A stretch of 64,000 nt of DNA, taken from the NCBI RefSeq assembly GCF_018350175.1, contig NC_058368.1, forward strand, positions 56,174,001 to 56,238,000, written 5' to 3'. Positions 13,289-26,289 of the stretch are shown piece after piece. Each line of letters starts with the position of its first letter. Within the stretch, counting starts at the first letter, position 1. The position numbers and the translations under genes are program-made. This DNA comes from Felis catus (lineage: Eukaryota). Below the pieces are notes generated by a model. The model was not told where the DNA came from. It saw nothing but the letters and a program-made list of their open reading frames with translations, and made no database searches.

Positions 13289-15531
13289 TTTTTTAAAAAA
13301 GGATTTATTATGGGATTAAACTAAATATTTTGAAAGAGAAGTTCCTACAGGCACACACATACAAAAATCCAATTTATATATTCATGTCGCTTACTTAGTA
13401 ATGAAAATGATATATAGTATTGTACGTTAAAACAAAAGACTTTAATCCCTGTTGACCATAGACACAGAAGTACTAACCAGTTACATATAGTTTAATAGAG
13501 AATAATGATAAAATATTTGTTTAAAGTTTTTTTAAATCATATTTATTTTTGGGTTTTACATATTAACAATGTGACACTAATGAAGAAGTTAATTTGAATT
13601 ATGAAAATAGTTTCTATAATAAGAGAGTGTCAATAAAAAAGTCTTTGGGTGCAGAGTTCTTGGGTGCAATTTCATGTATTTTCAAAATAAGTGAAAGTTC
13701 TTGACATTGTTGGTTAAGCCTCATTTTCATTTTACTGTACATGTTTCCATAAAAAAAATAAAGGACCTAAAAGTCCTTGTTTGAAATGACAGAATTCACA
13801 TGAAATTGCTTAGTATGCTACCACTTAGTTAGCTTTTCTTGAGATCCTATTCAGTCCCCAATACCGTCCATAAGGGACCCAAAACAGTAAGAACTTGTGT
13901 TAAATATATGAAATACTTCTGTGCCAATCATTTTAGTAATATTTTCATGACACACCCATACAAATGATAATCTTTGAAATACTTTTTCTAGCTATTTAAT
14001 ACACATAGTCATTCAATTAAAATGGCTTATTTTTCTTTGAGTTTCTGATATCACTTAAAAAGATGAATATTTGATAAATCTGTCAACTGAAATCAAAGCA
14101 TAATATAAATAGTTTTCAGTAACCTCCTTAGGTGAAAAGTGCTATAAATGACTTACTACCTACATTGGAGAGCACAATTATTATCCTTCACAATTACCTA
14201 AGACAGAGCTTAGTACAAGCAGGCAATTAGTAAGTAGTTTTGGAATAAATGTAAGGATAAATGTAGAATACTTCTCCAACTTACCTGCCAGAATATATCC
14301 TAGATTTTCTAATATATATTTTCGCTTACCATAAGTATTTCTGTTATATGATCACTAAAGATCTGTATTTCTCTACATGTTTTTAAATCAAGGTTTAAAG
14401 AAATAATTGCAAATGTTGGTAATTTATTTTTTTATCAATTTCTAATTCTTAGGTCTAATCTGTTCCTGAAATACTGAAATCAAATTCCTTAAATATGTAC
14501 TTGTCTCTTCATTACCACTATTACATAGATGTTCCTGCATTATTTACTAGGAATATTTGGCCACTGGCAAATACCACCTATATACCCTATCATCATTACC
14601 ATTTTTAACCGAAACAGGCATTTTTCCATTGCTTGAATGATAACCCCTTAGCTAAATATTCTTTATTCTGCTGCCTTATCTCAATCCTATGCAAAATGAA
14701 GAGCTTACTTCTGTCAAAGTTTTAGAGCAAGGGTTGCAAGCTTGAATATATAGTTAGTCATCGGTATCATTAAAGGGAAGAAAACTTGCTTTACTCTCAT
14801 TTGTAAAATACTGTGGGACATTGTATTTATTTTTTGAATAGAATAATTTGCCTTACTTATTTCTTAGAAATACCTCCAGCAGGCTTCTCCTGCTGTTTAT
14901 AGCAAGGATAGAGCTCAACTTCCCAGCTAGAGAGAATGTCTGTGGATAGATACCTGCTTTCCATATGAGCAGTGCTTGAGGTACTAGGTTCAGTGGCACG
15001 TCGATTGCTCAGTTGACACTTTTAACTTTTAAATCTGTCTTTGAATGAGCTTTCAATTATATATATATATATTTTTTTTTTCTTTTGCAGACCTAATGGA
15101 ATGCATTTGTGCTTTTTTTTTCCCCTTCTCTCCTATCAGCTTCCCTGATATGTTTTCATTAAATATATTTTCTTTTATTTCAACTATATCTTCATTTGTC
15201 TTTTTCTGATTAACTGACTCTAACCAACAGAAGAATATTTTTTATGCTTTGCTTCACACATATCTAGTGACACACACATTAGATCATATCAGAAATATCA
15301 ATATGAAATATATCACAAAATATACAAAAATGAAAATGCTGTCTTTCATATCTTTTATTGGACTTTGAGATGTTCAATAAAACAGGTTTAATTCTCAACA
15401 TATGTTTTCTGCTACTTTAATGTGAAGTCAGCAAAATAGGTTTCTTAACATGCCCTATCAGAAGAACTAGCACATGGAATCATCATAGAAATAATTTGTA
15501 TCTTCATGTTTAAAAAAAATACATAGTCTCA

Positions 15532-15746
15532 GGGGCGCCTGGGTGGCTCAGTCGGTTAAGTGTCCGACTTCGGCTCAGGTCATGATCTCACGGTCCGTGA
15601 GTTCAAGCCCCACATCGGGCTCTGTGCTGACAGCTCAGAGCCTGGAGCCTGTTTCAGATTCTGTGTCTCCCTCTCTCTGACCCTCCCCCGTTCATGCTCT
15701 GTCTCTCTCTCAAAAATAAATAAACATAAAAAAATTAAAAAAAAAA
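15532..15746 (+). mobile_element. Can-SINE
   Basis: Canonical CpG-retaining head; TSD acatagtctca on both sides. Confidence 0.96.
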
Positions 15747-15825
15747 CATAGTCTCAAAGAGGTGAGGAAATCTCTTCCTTCAGTATATGTGAAACACTTG
15801 GCTTAGTATGCCGTAGCGAATTCTT

Positions 15826-15922
15826 TATTTTTGATTATTATCTTTTTTTATTTGAGCGAGCACAAGCTGGGTAAAGGGGCAAAGAGAAAGATTTTTTTTT
15901 AACTTTTTAAATGTTATTTATT

Positions 15923-15971
<49 letters not shown>

Positions 15972-16270
15972 AGGGGAGGGGCAGAGAGAGAGGGAGACAC
16001 AGAATCCAAAGCAGGCTCCAGGCTCTGAGCTGTCAGCACAGAGCCCGATGCAGGGCTAGAACTTGAAGACCACAAGTTCATGACCTGAACCAAAGTTGGA
16101 CGCTTGACCGACTGAACCACCCAGGCACCCTTAGAAAGAGAGAGAACCTTAAGCAGGCTCAATGCTCAGCAGAGAGCTCCATATGGGGCTGGATCCCAGG
16201 ACTTTGGTATCATGACCAGAGCTGAAATCAATAATCAGAAGCTCAATTGACTGAGCCACCAAGGCTCCCC
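15826..16270 (-). mobile_element. Older Can-SINE hosting a nested SINE
   Basis: Tail at 15826-15891 and body/head at 16131-16270; TSD tagcgaattctt (15814) / tagtgaattctt (16272). Confidence 0.88.
15892..16130 (-). mobile_element. Younger Can-SINE nested in the older SINE, with long (GA)n
   Basis: Complete reverse SINE from T-rich tail to caccaggcaccc-like head. Confidence 0.93.
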
Positions 16271-16674
16271 ATAGTGAATTCTTCATAAACTTTAGTTCTG
16301 TCTTTATGTATGTCACTAGGATTGAGCTCATACTCAGCAACAGGAGAGAACCAATTTCCTTTAACCAGTATCTTGCAAATTGCCATCACTTTTGTGCCAT
16401 TATTGTTCATTGCTTACACAGCTGGCTACTGTCTCTGACATTTCTATACCAGAAACTAATTTCTAGTTGCATAGCTATTCACACATCTGAGAATACAAAA
16501 CTACAAATGCATATGGTATAATGCAGAGGATTTTTGCTTTAGAAATAGAACACTTAAGTCTTTAAGCCACATTTCATCACATAAAAAATATGTGATTTAA
16601 AACCTATCTTTTTTCATTTAATATTGTAGGAACCAAGATGGCAAAGAGGGGAAAAAAAAACATAGTTCTGATAA

Positions 16675-16830
16675 TCAGAGTGTGATCTTGACTAATTACT
16701 TAACATTGTCAAATACTTAGTTTTCTTAATTATAAAGTAGAAATAAAAATACATATCTAATAAGACTTCTGGGAGTATATTCTTATGATCGTGTATATGC
16801 ATGACCTTAGAACAATTCATGATACATTTC
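16675..16830 (+). mobile_element. MIR fragment
   Basis: tgtgatcttg...ttacttaac...cttagttttcttaattataaagtagaaataaaaata resembles the MIR core. Confidence 0.5.
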
Positions 16831-17110
16831 CTCACTCTGCAATTAGAAGAAGAATATTAAATATATTAGAATCTATTTTGCTATTAGAATAATAACATTT
16901 ATGATAATATATTGGGTGAAATAAAAGCTTATATTAAAATATGTAACAGGGTGTAGAGCTGTTATCTTCAATGATCTTATAAAGTCAGGTAGGATAAAGC
17001 CTCAATGGCAAGAACAATAAAATTTTGAAAACCTCGTAATTTCAATATTGATGCAAGTAGCACCCTTAAATTCCTTAGTATAAGATTGGTCATGCAATAT
17101 CTATTACTCA

Positions 17111-17300
17111 GGATGCCTGGGTGGTTCAGTTGGTTATGTGTCCAACTTCAGCTTAGGTCATAATCTCATGGTTTGTGTGTTCAAGCCCCACGTCGGGCTC
17201 TCTGCTATCAGCACAGAACCTGCTTGGGATCCTCTTTTCCCCCCTTTCTCTCTCCCTCCCCCTTCTCTCTCTCTCTCTCAAAAATAGCATTAGAAAAAAG
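17111..17300 (+). mobile_element. Can-SINE
   Basis: ggatgcctgggtggttcagttggtta head; degenerate TSD tatcta(t/c)tactca. Confidence 0.92.
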
Positions 17301-17639
17301 AACTATCTACTACTCATCTCCAGTTACATACAAACAGCCTAGAAACTTACATGAGAAAAAGATTTTAAAGGAAAATCAAGGAATTGAGAATGCTGCATCA
17401 AAGTCCTTATTCTCTATAGGGAACTCCTACTCCTCCCCCACAAAAATGAAAGTCTCTTTGTCTTGTGTCCCCAGAAGTTTGGGGCTTAGATGTATTTTCT
17501 TGACTCTTAAGAGTCTTAAGATGTGACTGTTAGAACTTCTCTTCTATGCAAAGGGACCTCTAACATTGTCACACAAGACAAAAAAATTTTAAAGATATTG
17601 ATGATATTTGCACAAAATTCACAGTCTATCAGCTCAATG

Positions 17640-18905
17640 AATAGAACATTTCAGAAAGCGTTGCAGTATAGCTTTTGACTACTGAAGTAAAGTATAGTTT
17701 AATACAGGAAGCTCGTGACATCTTTAAAGGTATTACAACATCTTGAACTAAAAGATATAGAGACAGTACAATATAAAAAGAAGATATTGGAACTGCCACA
17801 TATGTTGAAAAGAAGCAGACCAAATATTCTTACCTGCAAACCTAGGCTATTTCTTATGGAAAAATAAAAGATGACTCATAAGGAAGAAACAAGACCCAGA
17901 GGGTTGAGCCAAGACCTGAAGAGAATCTCTCTCTGGGAAGTGAAGTAAGCCCTAATCAAGGAAGAGACAACACACGTCTAGCTGGATTTCAGCTTTACAA
18001 TCCACCAATGATTGCTTTTTGACTAACATCCCCCAGCCCAATGCCTCATTAACGGAAATATCTATTACAATTTTCCTGAGACTGACTCACCATTGAGTGC
18101 TGGGTATGTGAAAGACATATTTCTTTAGTTCCTTAGTTTCTTTGGTTGACAAGTTGTAGATTGAGAGAAACCATACATGTAGAAGATCCATACTGAGACT
18201 CGATTTAGATGTGATTTCCTGAAGTAGGGGAAGATGACGTACGAAGAGAAGACTGTAGGTTATGGAGACAGTGAAACATGTGAAGAATTGTGACCTGACA
18301 GCAGGCTATGTCAGATTAAAACTAACCACAAATTCTTGAACATTTCTCCCACTGAGATTGTATCTAAATCCACCCATCCCCTTTCCATATGTGCTGGCTT
18401 GTGCCTTATTTTACTGTTGATTGTGGAAGATGTGGTACTATGCAAGTTTCTAGCTTACTTTTCAGGAAAAATGCCAATTCCTGCATTAGTTGTTTTTGTT
18501 TTTGTTTTTGTTTTTTGGTTTTCTGTTTTATTTTGTTTTGTTTTTGAGCCCCCAGTTGCCATGTGGGAATCCCAAGTGCTCATCTGGAGAGGCAACACAG
18601 AGAAACTCAGAGACTCCTTGGGGAGGGAGAAGGGACTGGACATTCCCTGCCTTCCATCATTCTGGCAAAGTTACATGCATGTGAGTGAAGCCATCATGAA
18701 CATGCCAAGCCAGTTCAGCTTTCAGCTGAATATCACCAATTTACACCAGTCTTCAGTGAGGCTGAAGAATTGTCCAGCTGAGACTTGCCTGAAATACAGC
18801 CCTGCCAAATTTACTGGCCCATAATATTATGAAAAATAATAAAATGTTTATTGTTTTAAGGTACTAAATTTTGAGGAAGTTTGCTCTGTAATATATAATT
18901 AAATA
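17640..18905 (+). mobile_element. Old MLT1 (H/G/F-like) element: internal remnant plus 3' LTR (~18308-18905)
   Basis: LTR motifs gcatgtgagtgaagccatc, gaagaattgtccagctgag, ttgttttaaggtactaaattttgagg. Upstream gccctaatcaagga...gctggatttcag resembles MLT1-int. Confidence 0.7.
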
Positions 18906-19745
18906 ATTAACTGCTAAATATCTTAAGTAAATACAGTATCAAGTATAGTAAGAATAGTACTTAAGTAAACACAATAAGTATACTATAGTACCATCATAGG
19001 CTCTCAATAAATATTTTTAATTAGTGTAATTTAATCTTTATAACATTATCTTTAATTTACACTTGAATTTGAACCTCTGAGACAATGATCAGGAAACTAT
19101 AGCTTCTTTTTCTCTTGTGGCCAAGAAAAACTAAAATATTTACTACATTGTCTTTGCATAAAATATTTGCTAACACTCTAGTGTCTCAGATTAACTGGAC
19201 CATGGCTAGATACTAACATTTTAAAAGGCAGAATCTTGGTCTCTCCATATCTATTCACTTTTTCCACACTAAAATAATTTCTCTCAAGTATGAAATGAAT
19301 AATTAAATCCAGTTAAATTTTGTGACAACTCACTAGAAGATCTAGGATATAAATTGCCTAAAGATTAACCTCACTATTCAGAAAACATAGTTAGTGCAAT
19401 ATTCCTTAGTGGCAATATGACTTAATTTTAGGCCTTTAAAGAGAGGATTAAATAGAGTAAGAATTTAAAGAGTTAAAAACATAAAGTATCAATAAAGGTC
19501 ATTGTAGTTAAATTCATTGCAGGTTGAAAAACAAAAACATCCTTTATGAGTCTAAAAAATATTTATTTTCTGGCTTTGTAAATAGTTGTAGTCATCTATA
19601 TGGCAATGTCATAAAGAATTACAATAATGGTGCATTTATACAAGTCCAAACCATTGTATATGGACTTGAGTCTTTTCGATCAAATTTACACAATGTGCCA
19701 TTTTCCATGGTTACTGTACAAAATGTATTAAAGCTAAAACATATA

Positions 19746-19954
19746 GGTGCACCTGGGTGGCTCAGTCAGTTAGGTTTCCAATTCTTGATTTTGGCTCAGG
19801 TCATGATCTCATGGTTTATGAGATTGAGCCATGCATTGGGCTCTGCCCAGAATAGCACAGAGCCTGCTTAGGATTCTCTCTCTCCCTCTCCCTCTGTACC
19901 TCCTGCTGTTTGTACTCTCTCTCTTTCTCTCAAAATAAATAAACATTTAAAATA
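19746..19954 (+). mobile_element. Can-SINE
   Basis: Canonical head and tail; TSD ctaaaacatata. Confidence 0.95.
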
Positions 19955-20299
19955 AAAACTAAAACATATAGGACTTGCACACCCTCTTCTGTAGCTCATT
20001 ATTTTTAGCACTATTACGTTGAATTACTTCCCAATTATCTGCCGTTCTGTCCTCGGATACTAAACCAAATATCCCACCACTAATAGCCAAAATAAGTCAC
20101 TCTTCATAATCACTCCTTGTAAAATGCTTCTATGGTTAGTGATTTTGGTAATTTAGAATCTGGTATCACATTGCTAGGATCATCCCCACTGATTTGTGTT
20201 TATATATTTTGTAGTCTATTTATTTATTTATCATGAAGCCTATTAATTCTGTTTTTCTGTTCTCTCTGTATCTAAACACTTATACACACACATACATCT

Positions 20300-20737
20300 A
20301 TTTTAAGAACAGCAGATTATCCTCCATAATATGGGTGGGATTCATCCAATCAGTTGAAGGCCTTAAGAGCGAAAACTAAATTTTCCTATAAAAGAAAAGA
20401 ATTCTGCTTCAAGACTAACATAGAAATCCTGCCTGATTTCCAGTCTTCTGCCTTATTCTATAAATTTCAGGCAATCATGTGAGTCAACTCATCAAAATAA
20501 ATCTCTCTCTAACATATCTATTATCTATATGTACATATATATGATATCTATTAACCTACAAAATATGTATACACTATATATATATGTATATATATATGAC
20601 AATATATGACTGATTATTGATGATTCTTAGGATTAATCACATCTACAAAATACCTTCAGAGCAATATCTAGACTAACATTTGACCAAACAACTAGGCATC
20701 AAAGCCTTGCCATGTTGACACATAAAATTAACCATGA
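20300..20737. mobile_element. MLT2 (ERVL) LTR in two oppositely oriented pieces
   Basis: 20300-20520 (+): agcagattatcctccataatatgggtggg...catccaatcagttgaaggccttaagag. 20606-20737 (-): attaatcacatctacaaaataccttc...gttgacacataaaattaaccat, the LTR 5' end. Confidence 0.8.
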
Positions 20738-20919
20738 TGAGAATTAAGATTTATTTTCCTTATCAACCAATTTAAGATGTACCTGACTACAACCCTATGG
20801 AGAGTGAGGTCCTCTATATTTTGTACCTCATAGCTATATTATGACTAACTCTATGTCCTTATTTGCATTCTACAGTGACAGCAACTCCTTGATATTAAGT
20901 TCTTAATATTGTCATTTTT

Positions 20920-22549
20920 TTAAATTTTATTTTATATATGAAATTTATTGTCAGATTGGTTTCCATACAACACCCAGTGCTCATCCCAAAAGGTGCCCTC
21001 TTCAATACCCATCACCCACCCTCCCCTCCCTCCCACCCCCCATCAACCCTCAGTTTGTTCTCAGTTTTTAACAGTCTCTTATGCTTTGGTTCTCTCCCAC
21101 TCTAACCTCTTTTTTTTTTTTTCCTTCCCCTCCCCCATGGGTTCCTGTTAAGTTTCTCAGGATCCACATAAGAGTGAAACCATATGGTATCTGTCTTTCT
21201 CTGTATGGCTTATTTCACTTAGCATCACACTCTCCAGTTCCATCCACGTTGCTACAAAAGGCCATATTTCATTTTTTCTCATTGCCACGTAATATTCCAT
21301 TGTGTATATAAACCACAATTTCTTTATCCATTCATCAGTTGATGGACATTTAGGCTCTTTCCATAATTTGGCTATTGTTGAGAGTGCTGCTATGAACATT
21401 GGGGTACAAGTGGCCCTATGCATCAGTACTCCTGTATCCCTTGGGTAAATTCCTAGCAGTGCTATTGCTGGGTCATAGGGTAGGTCTATTTTTAATTTTC
21501 TGAGGAACCTCCACACTGCTTTCCAGAGCGGCTGCACCAATTTGCATTCCCACCAACAGTGCAAGAGGGTTCCCGTTTCTCCACATCCTCTCCAGCATCT
21601 ATAGTCTCCTGATTTGTTCATTTTGGCCACTCTGACTGGCGTGAGGTGATACCTGAGTGTGATTTTGATTTGTATTTCCCTGATAAGGAGTGACGCTGAA
21701 CATCTTTTCATGTGCCTGTTGGCCATCCGGATGTCTTCTTTAGAGAAGTGTCTATTCATGTTTTCTGCCCATTTCTTCACTGGGTTATTTGTTTTTCGGG
21801 TGTGGAGTTTGGGGAGCTCTTTATAGATTTTGGATACTAGCCCTTTGTCCGATATGTCATTTGCGAATATCTTTTCCCATTCCGTTGGTTGCCTTTTAGT
21901 TTTGTTGGTTGTTTCCTTTGCTGTGCAGAAGCTTTTGATCTTCATAAGGTCCCAGTAATTCACTTTTGCTTTTAATTCCCTTGCCTTTGGGGATGTGTCG
22001 AGTAAGAGATTGCTACGGCTGAGGTTAGAGAGGTCTTTTCCTGCTTTCTCCTCTAAGGTTTTGATGGTTTCCTGTCTCACATTCAGGTCCCTTATCCATT
22101 TTGAGTTTATTTTTGTGAATGGTGTGAGAAAGTGGTCTAGTTTCAACCTTCTGCATGTTGCTGCCCAGTTCTCCCAGCACCATTTGTTAAAGAGGCTGTC
22201 TTTTTTCTATTGGATGTTCTTTCCTGCTTTGTCAAAGATGAGTTGGCCATACGTTTGTGGGTCTAGTTCTGGGGTTTCTATTCTATTCCATTGGTCTATG
22301 TGTCTGTTTTTGTGCCAATACCATGCTGTCTTGATGATGACAGCTTTGTAGTAGAGGCTAAAGTCTGGGATTGGGATGCCTCCTGCTTTGGTCTTCTTCT
22401 TCAAAATTCCTTTGGCTATTCGGGGCCTTTTGTGGTTCCATATGAATTGTAGGATTGCTTGTTCTAGTTTCGAGAAGAATGCTGGTGCAATTTTGATTGG
22501 GATTGCATTGAATGTGTAGATAGCTTTGGGTAGTATTGACATTTTGACA
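20920..22549 (-). mobile_element. Young cat-type LINE-1, 5'-truncated (~1.6 kb)
   Basis: ORF2p C-terminus with the CCHC motif [18 protein letters not shown]. ORFs 22207-22581 and 21157-22146 are in the same frame, separated by one stop. Perfect 17-bp TSD ttaatattgtcattttt at 20903-20919 and 22550-22566. Confidence 0.97.
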
Positions 22550-22678
22550 TTAATATTGTCATTTTTATATCTCCAGTGCATAACATAAGGCCAGACACTA
22601 CTTAATCCACAATTATCTCTTGACTTAATGACACAATTTTTAAGACATGATATTTTGGTAGTGAATGTACATTAGTTT

Positions 22679-22682
<4 letters not shown>

Positions 22683-22711
<29 letters not shown>
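22683..22711. repeat. (TG)n microsatellite
   Basis: Direct reading. Confidence 0.95.
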
Positions 22712-22713
<2 letters not shown>

Positions 22714-23436
22714 ATATAAGAACATATCATAAAATCATAAAAGAACAAATTTATATAGATTTTAAAGAGAAAAATGCTTTGAATGATTAATATTAAGAAT
22801 AATTTCCAACTGGAATATTTATAACACTCCAATATTGAAATTTCCAAGATTTAAGAGCCACCTTGCATATGTATATAACATATTACTAATTACTAATAAC
22901 GCTTACTGTAAGCATCTTCTAGATGTAATTTATATGTCAGTGGCAGATTCTACCACATCAGTACAAACAGATGGTAATTACAAAATGAATGAAGCAGATT
23001 GTTACTACACCACCATGTAGATTACACATATCTGTTATCTTATGAAATTAATGACTCAGATGAATTGTATCCCAATTTGCAATTAGATGTCTGAATCAAC
23101 ATTTTAGAACAAAAAGGGTCATACAGTTGGAAATAGTTGATTAGTAAGACACTATGCCATTTCAGTGGTGCCAGATAAAAATATTTCCCACATATAAACT
23201 AATATCTAGTAAGGGAAATCGAGACAAACCTTACATAGGTCAAAAACAGAGTAACCACAGATTTTCTACCTTATAAGCCAGAATGAAAAGTGTCAGTTTG
23301 TTATTCTGTTTAAGTGTATATGCCTGTGATTCCTATACCAATTTGTTATAATGGTTTAATTCATAAAACCAAGTTCTTTATGCTTTTATTTTAATTCTTA
23401 GGGAACAGCATGTCTATAGATAGATTGATAGATATC

Positions 23437-23637
23437 TTTTGTTGTTGTTGTTAAGAGAGAGAGAGAGTCCATAAGCACGCAAGTGGAGGAGGGGCAGAGA
23501 GAGAAGGCGAGAGAGAATCTGAAGCAGGCTCCACACTCAGCACAGAGCCTCACATGGGGCTTGATCTTAAGACTGTGAGATCATGACCTGAGAGGAAATC
23601 AAGAGTTGGATGTTTAACTGAGCCACTCAGGTGCCCC
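23437..23637 (-). mobile_element. Can-SINE
   Basis: Reverse head gagccactcaggtgcccc, (GA)n, (GTT)n tail. Confidence 0.92.
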
Positions 23638-23640
23638 TCA

Positions 23641-23665
23641 ATATATATGTGTATATATATGTGTA

Positions 23666-23711
<46 letters not shown>

Positions 23712-23780
23712 TATGTATATATAATAAAATATGTATATATATATTATAAAATATGTATATGTTATATATATATATATATT
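23641..23780. repeat. Imperfect (TA)n microsatellite
   Basis: Direct reading. Confidence 0.92.
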
Positions 23781-25037
23781 TTTAAATATTACCAGATTTT
23801 ATTCTGTGTCATTCAAAAATGTTAAAAATCAGGTGATTAAGTTAAATTCCTTTGAATTTTATATTTCATTACCCTGTTTAATACTAAACTCAATATAAAA
23901 ATGTTTTTCATATTGTCTATGAGACATATAAATTTAAACTCAAATCCTTTATATGTCTATATATTGTGAGATATGTATATAGTGAATTTTTTTCAGTTGG
24001 ACATAGCATGAATTTACTTTCAAAAACAAAATTTACAACAGTAGGAGATATACAAATACATGTGATTTGGATGTAGAAAACCATATGGATTAGCATTACA
24101 TTTGCATTATACCAAAGTTTTGTAGTTCTTTATAGCACATTCATTGTTCATCTTTTAATTGCTCTGTTCTTTTTCTGTGATGTTACTAGTGAGTAAGAAA
24201 TAAACAATGGGCGAGGTATAATTTAGTGGAACATACGTCTGTTTATTGATACAAGTGAGACAGTTTCAAACCACTAGGATCAGCCCCTGTTCCTATTTCT
24301 ATGCACAATTGTATATTACCACATTTAGCTACATATTAAAAGCCAGAACATTTAATTTTTTGCTTTTTAGGTATACTTTCTTAATCCACAAAGTTTTTTG
24401 AAAGCTCCATAGTAATTACATGTGTTTTTATATTAAGTATTCCCCCAAATCTTGTGACAAGTTTAATACAAGAACAGAACAAATAGTTTTTCAAATAAAT
24501 GTCTTTCAAGTTAAATTCAAGCAAATTGAAATTTAGACAATTGCTTACAGAATATCAATGATCCAAAATGACTGATCAACTAATATTACTGAATTTATGG
24601 TACTTTAATTTTTGAAGCAGAGAATCTGTCTTAATTGTTAGAAATCGTACAAACCTGTAAATATAGAACACCTCATCTCAATATCCCTTTAACATTTGCA
24701 AAAACTCAGCTCTCTGAGTACACGCAGCTTTAAAATTGAACTAATAAGCCCTATCTTCAAATACTGACAACTGTGCCTTTAAAATAGCATAATCATTTGT
24801 TTCAAAGCTCTGTAGAGTATGAGGGATTTGATTGCAGTACTAAACTTTTCATCTCATCTCAAATAGGAATATCCATTTGAAGTGAAGAGGTTAATTCATG
24901 ATAGTAAAGCAGCATATTCATCTATAATTAAGGAAAACATTTAGTTACATCAACAATTCTTATCAGTTTCTAAAGGCAAATTGCTCTATTATTTTTTATT
25001 ATCTATATGTATATGACCATACAGTTAAAGCTCTTTT

Positions 25038-25230
25038 TTAAAAAAGTTCATTTATTTTTTTTGAGAGAGAGAGCCTATAAGCAGGACAAGGGCAGAGAGA
25101 GACTCACAAGTTGGCTCCGCACTGTCAGTGTGGAGCCCAACACAGGGCTTGAACTCAGGAACTGTGAGATAATGATCTGAGCTGAAATTCAGAGTCAGAT
25201 GCTCAACCAACTGAGCCACCCAAGGGGCCC
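25038..25230 (-). mobile_element. Can-SINE
   Basis: Reverse SINE; TSD gttaaagctcttt at 25024 and 25234. Confidence 0.94.
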
Positions 25231-26289
25231 TAGGTTAAAGCTCTTTCTTACTGAAACAGCTTAGCAGGAAAAGTCAAGGTAAAAATGGAGCTACAACAAG
25301 AACAAGAATACCAAGCCTGATTGTCTAATAAAGGAAGCAACCAGATTTTGGGGCCTGAAAGTACATCATTACTGCAAACAGGTAATATATAGATCCTTGA
25401 AAAGTGCCATCACACAATACAAAAAGAAATTAGGAGTGTAGGAAAAGAGAATCAAGTTTGTTTTGGCAATATCAGGAATCAGACAAATCTAGGCAGTGAC
25501 TTAGAGCACTATCATTCAGGCACATAGGCTGGAGATAGAATAAAGTCCAAATCACACCTCAGAGGAGATGAAATAGAGGTCCTAAATACGTAAATGGTTC
25601 TGCCATGGCCCTCTCCTTCATCAACAGCTTTTAGAATAATCCCTGGAACTCAGACTACTTGTTTTCCGTAAGAATCACTTCTATGAGCACTACAGTAACA
25701 CATAATGCATGTAGGGAAATAACTTTCTGTACTTTCTTCCTATCAATATTTTGATAACTTTCTGAGCTTTCAAATAAAGACAAAAAATGAAATTGCTTGA
25801 ATGAAGCAGAGTGTTCAGGTGTTTCACTATGACTAAGCTAGACTTTATGTTTTATGTGGCATCTTCCTTTGAAAATAGTTATCTGTGTAAAGAGAAGGAT
25901 CAATTCTTTTAAAGTACGTAAAACCTTGGATTGCAAGTAACTTGTCCTGCAAGTGTTCGGAAAAACAAGCAAACATTTCTAACAAATTTTAACTTGATAA
26001 ATGAGCTATGTCTTGCAATATGAGTAGTACCTGGTGCTCAGTGTCACATGATCACAACTGAGCCAATGGTTCTTGAAATTTGCTTTGATATACAAGTAGA
26101 TTGGATTACAAGCATGCTTCTGGAATGAATTATTGTCCTAAACCAAGATTAAATACTTAAAAATGTACAAACTTTAACTATGATGAGATGTTTTTTAATT
26201 GATAAAAGAATATATTTGATATATTAAAATTTTGAAAATACAAAATAAATATGCATTTAATAAAAAACAGCATTCAGTTATTAGTAGGC

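Noticed and set aside
17502..17515. Perfect 14-bp palindrome gactcttaagagtc (and acctaatta-ct-taattaggt at ~40017-40036)
   Set aside because: Palindromes of this length are expected by chance in 64 kb of AT-rich DNA.
18336..18824. 162-aa hydrophobic ORF resembling a membrane protein
   Set aside because: It lies in an MLT1 LTR; the FVFVFVF stretch comes from a (TTTTTG)n repeat.
21157..22146. 329-aa ORF as a host gene
   Set aside because: It is the C-terminus of L1 ORF2p in a truncated, TSD-flanked insertion with no promoter.
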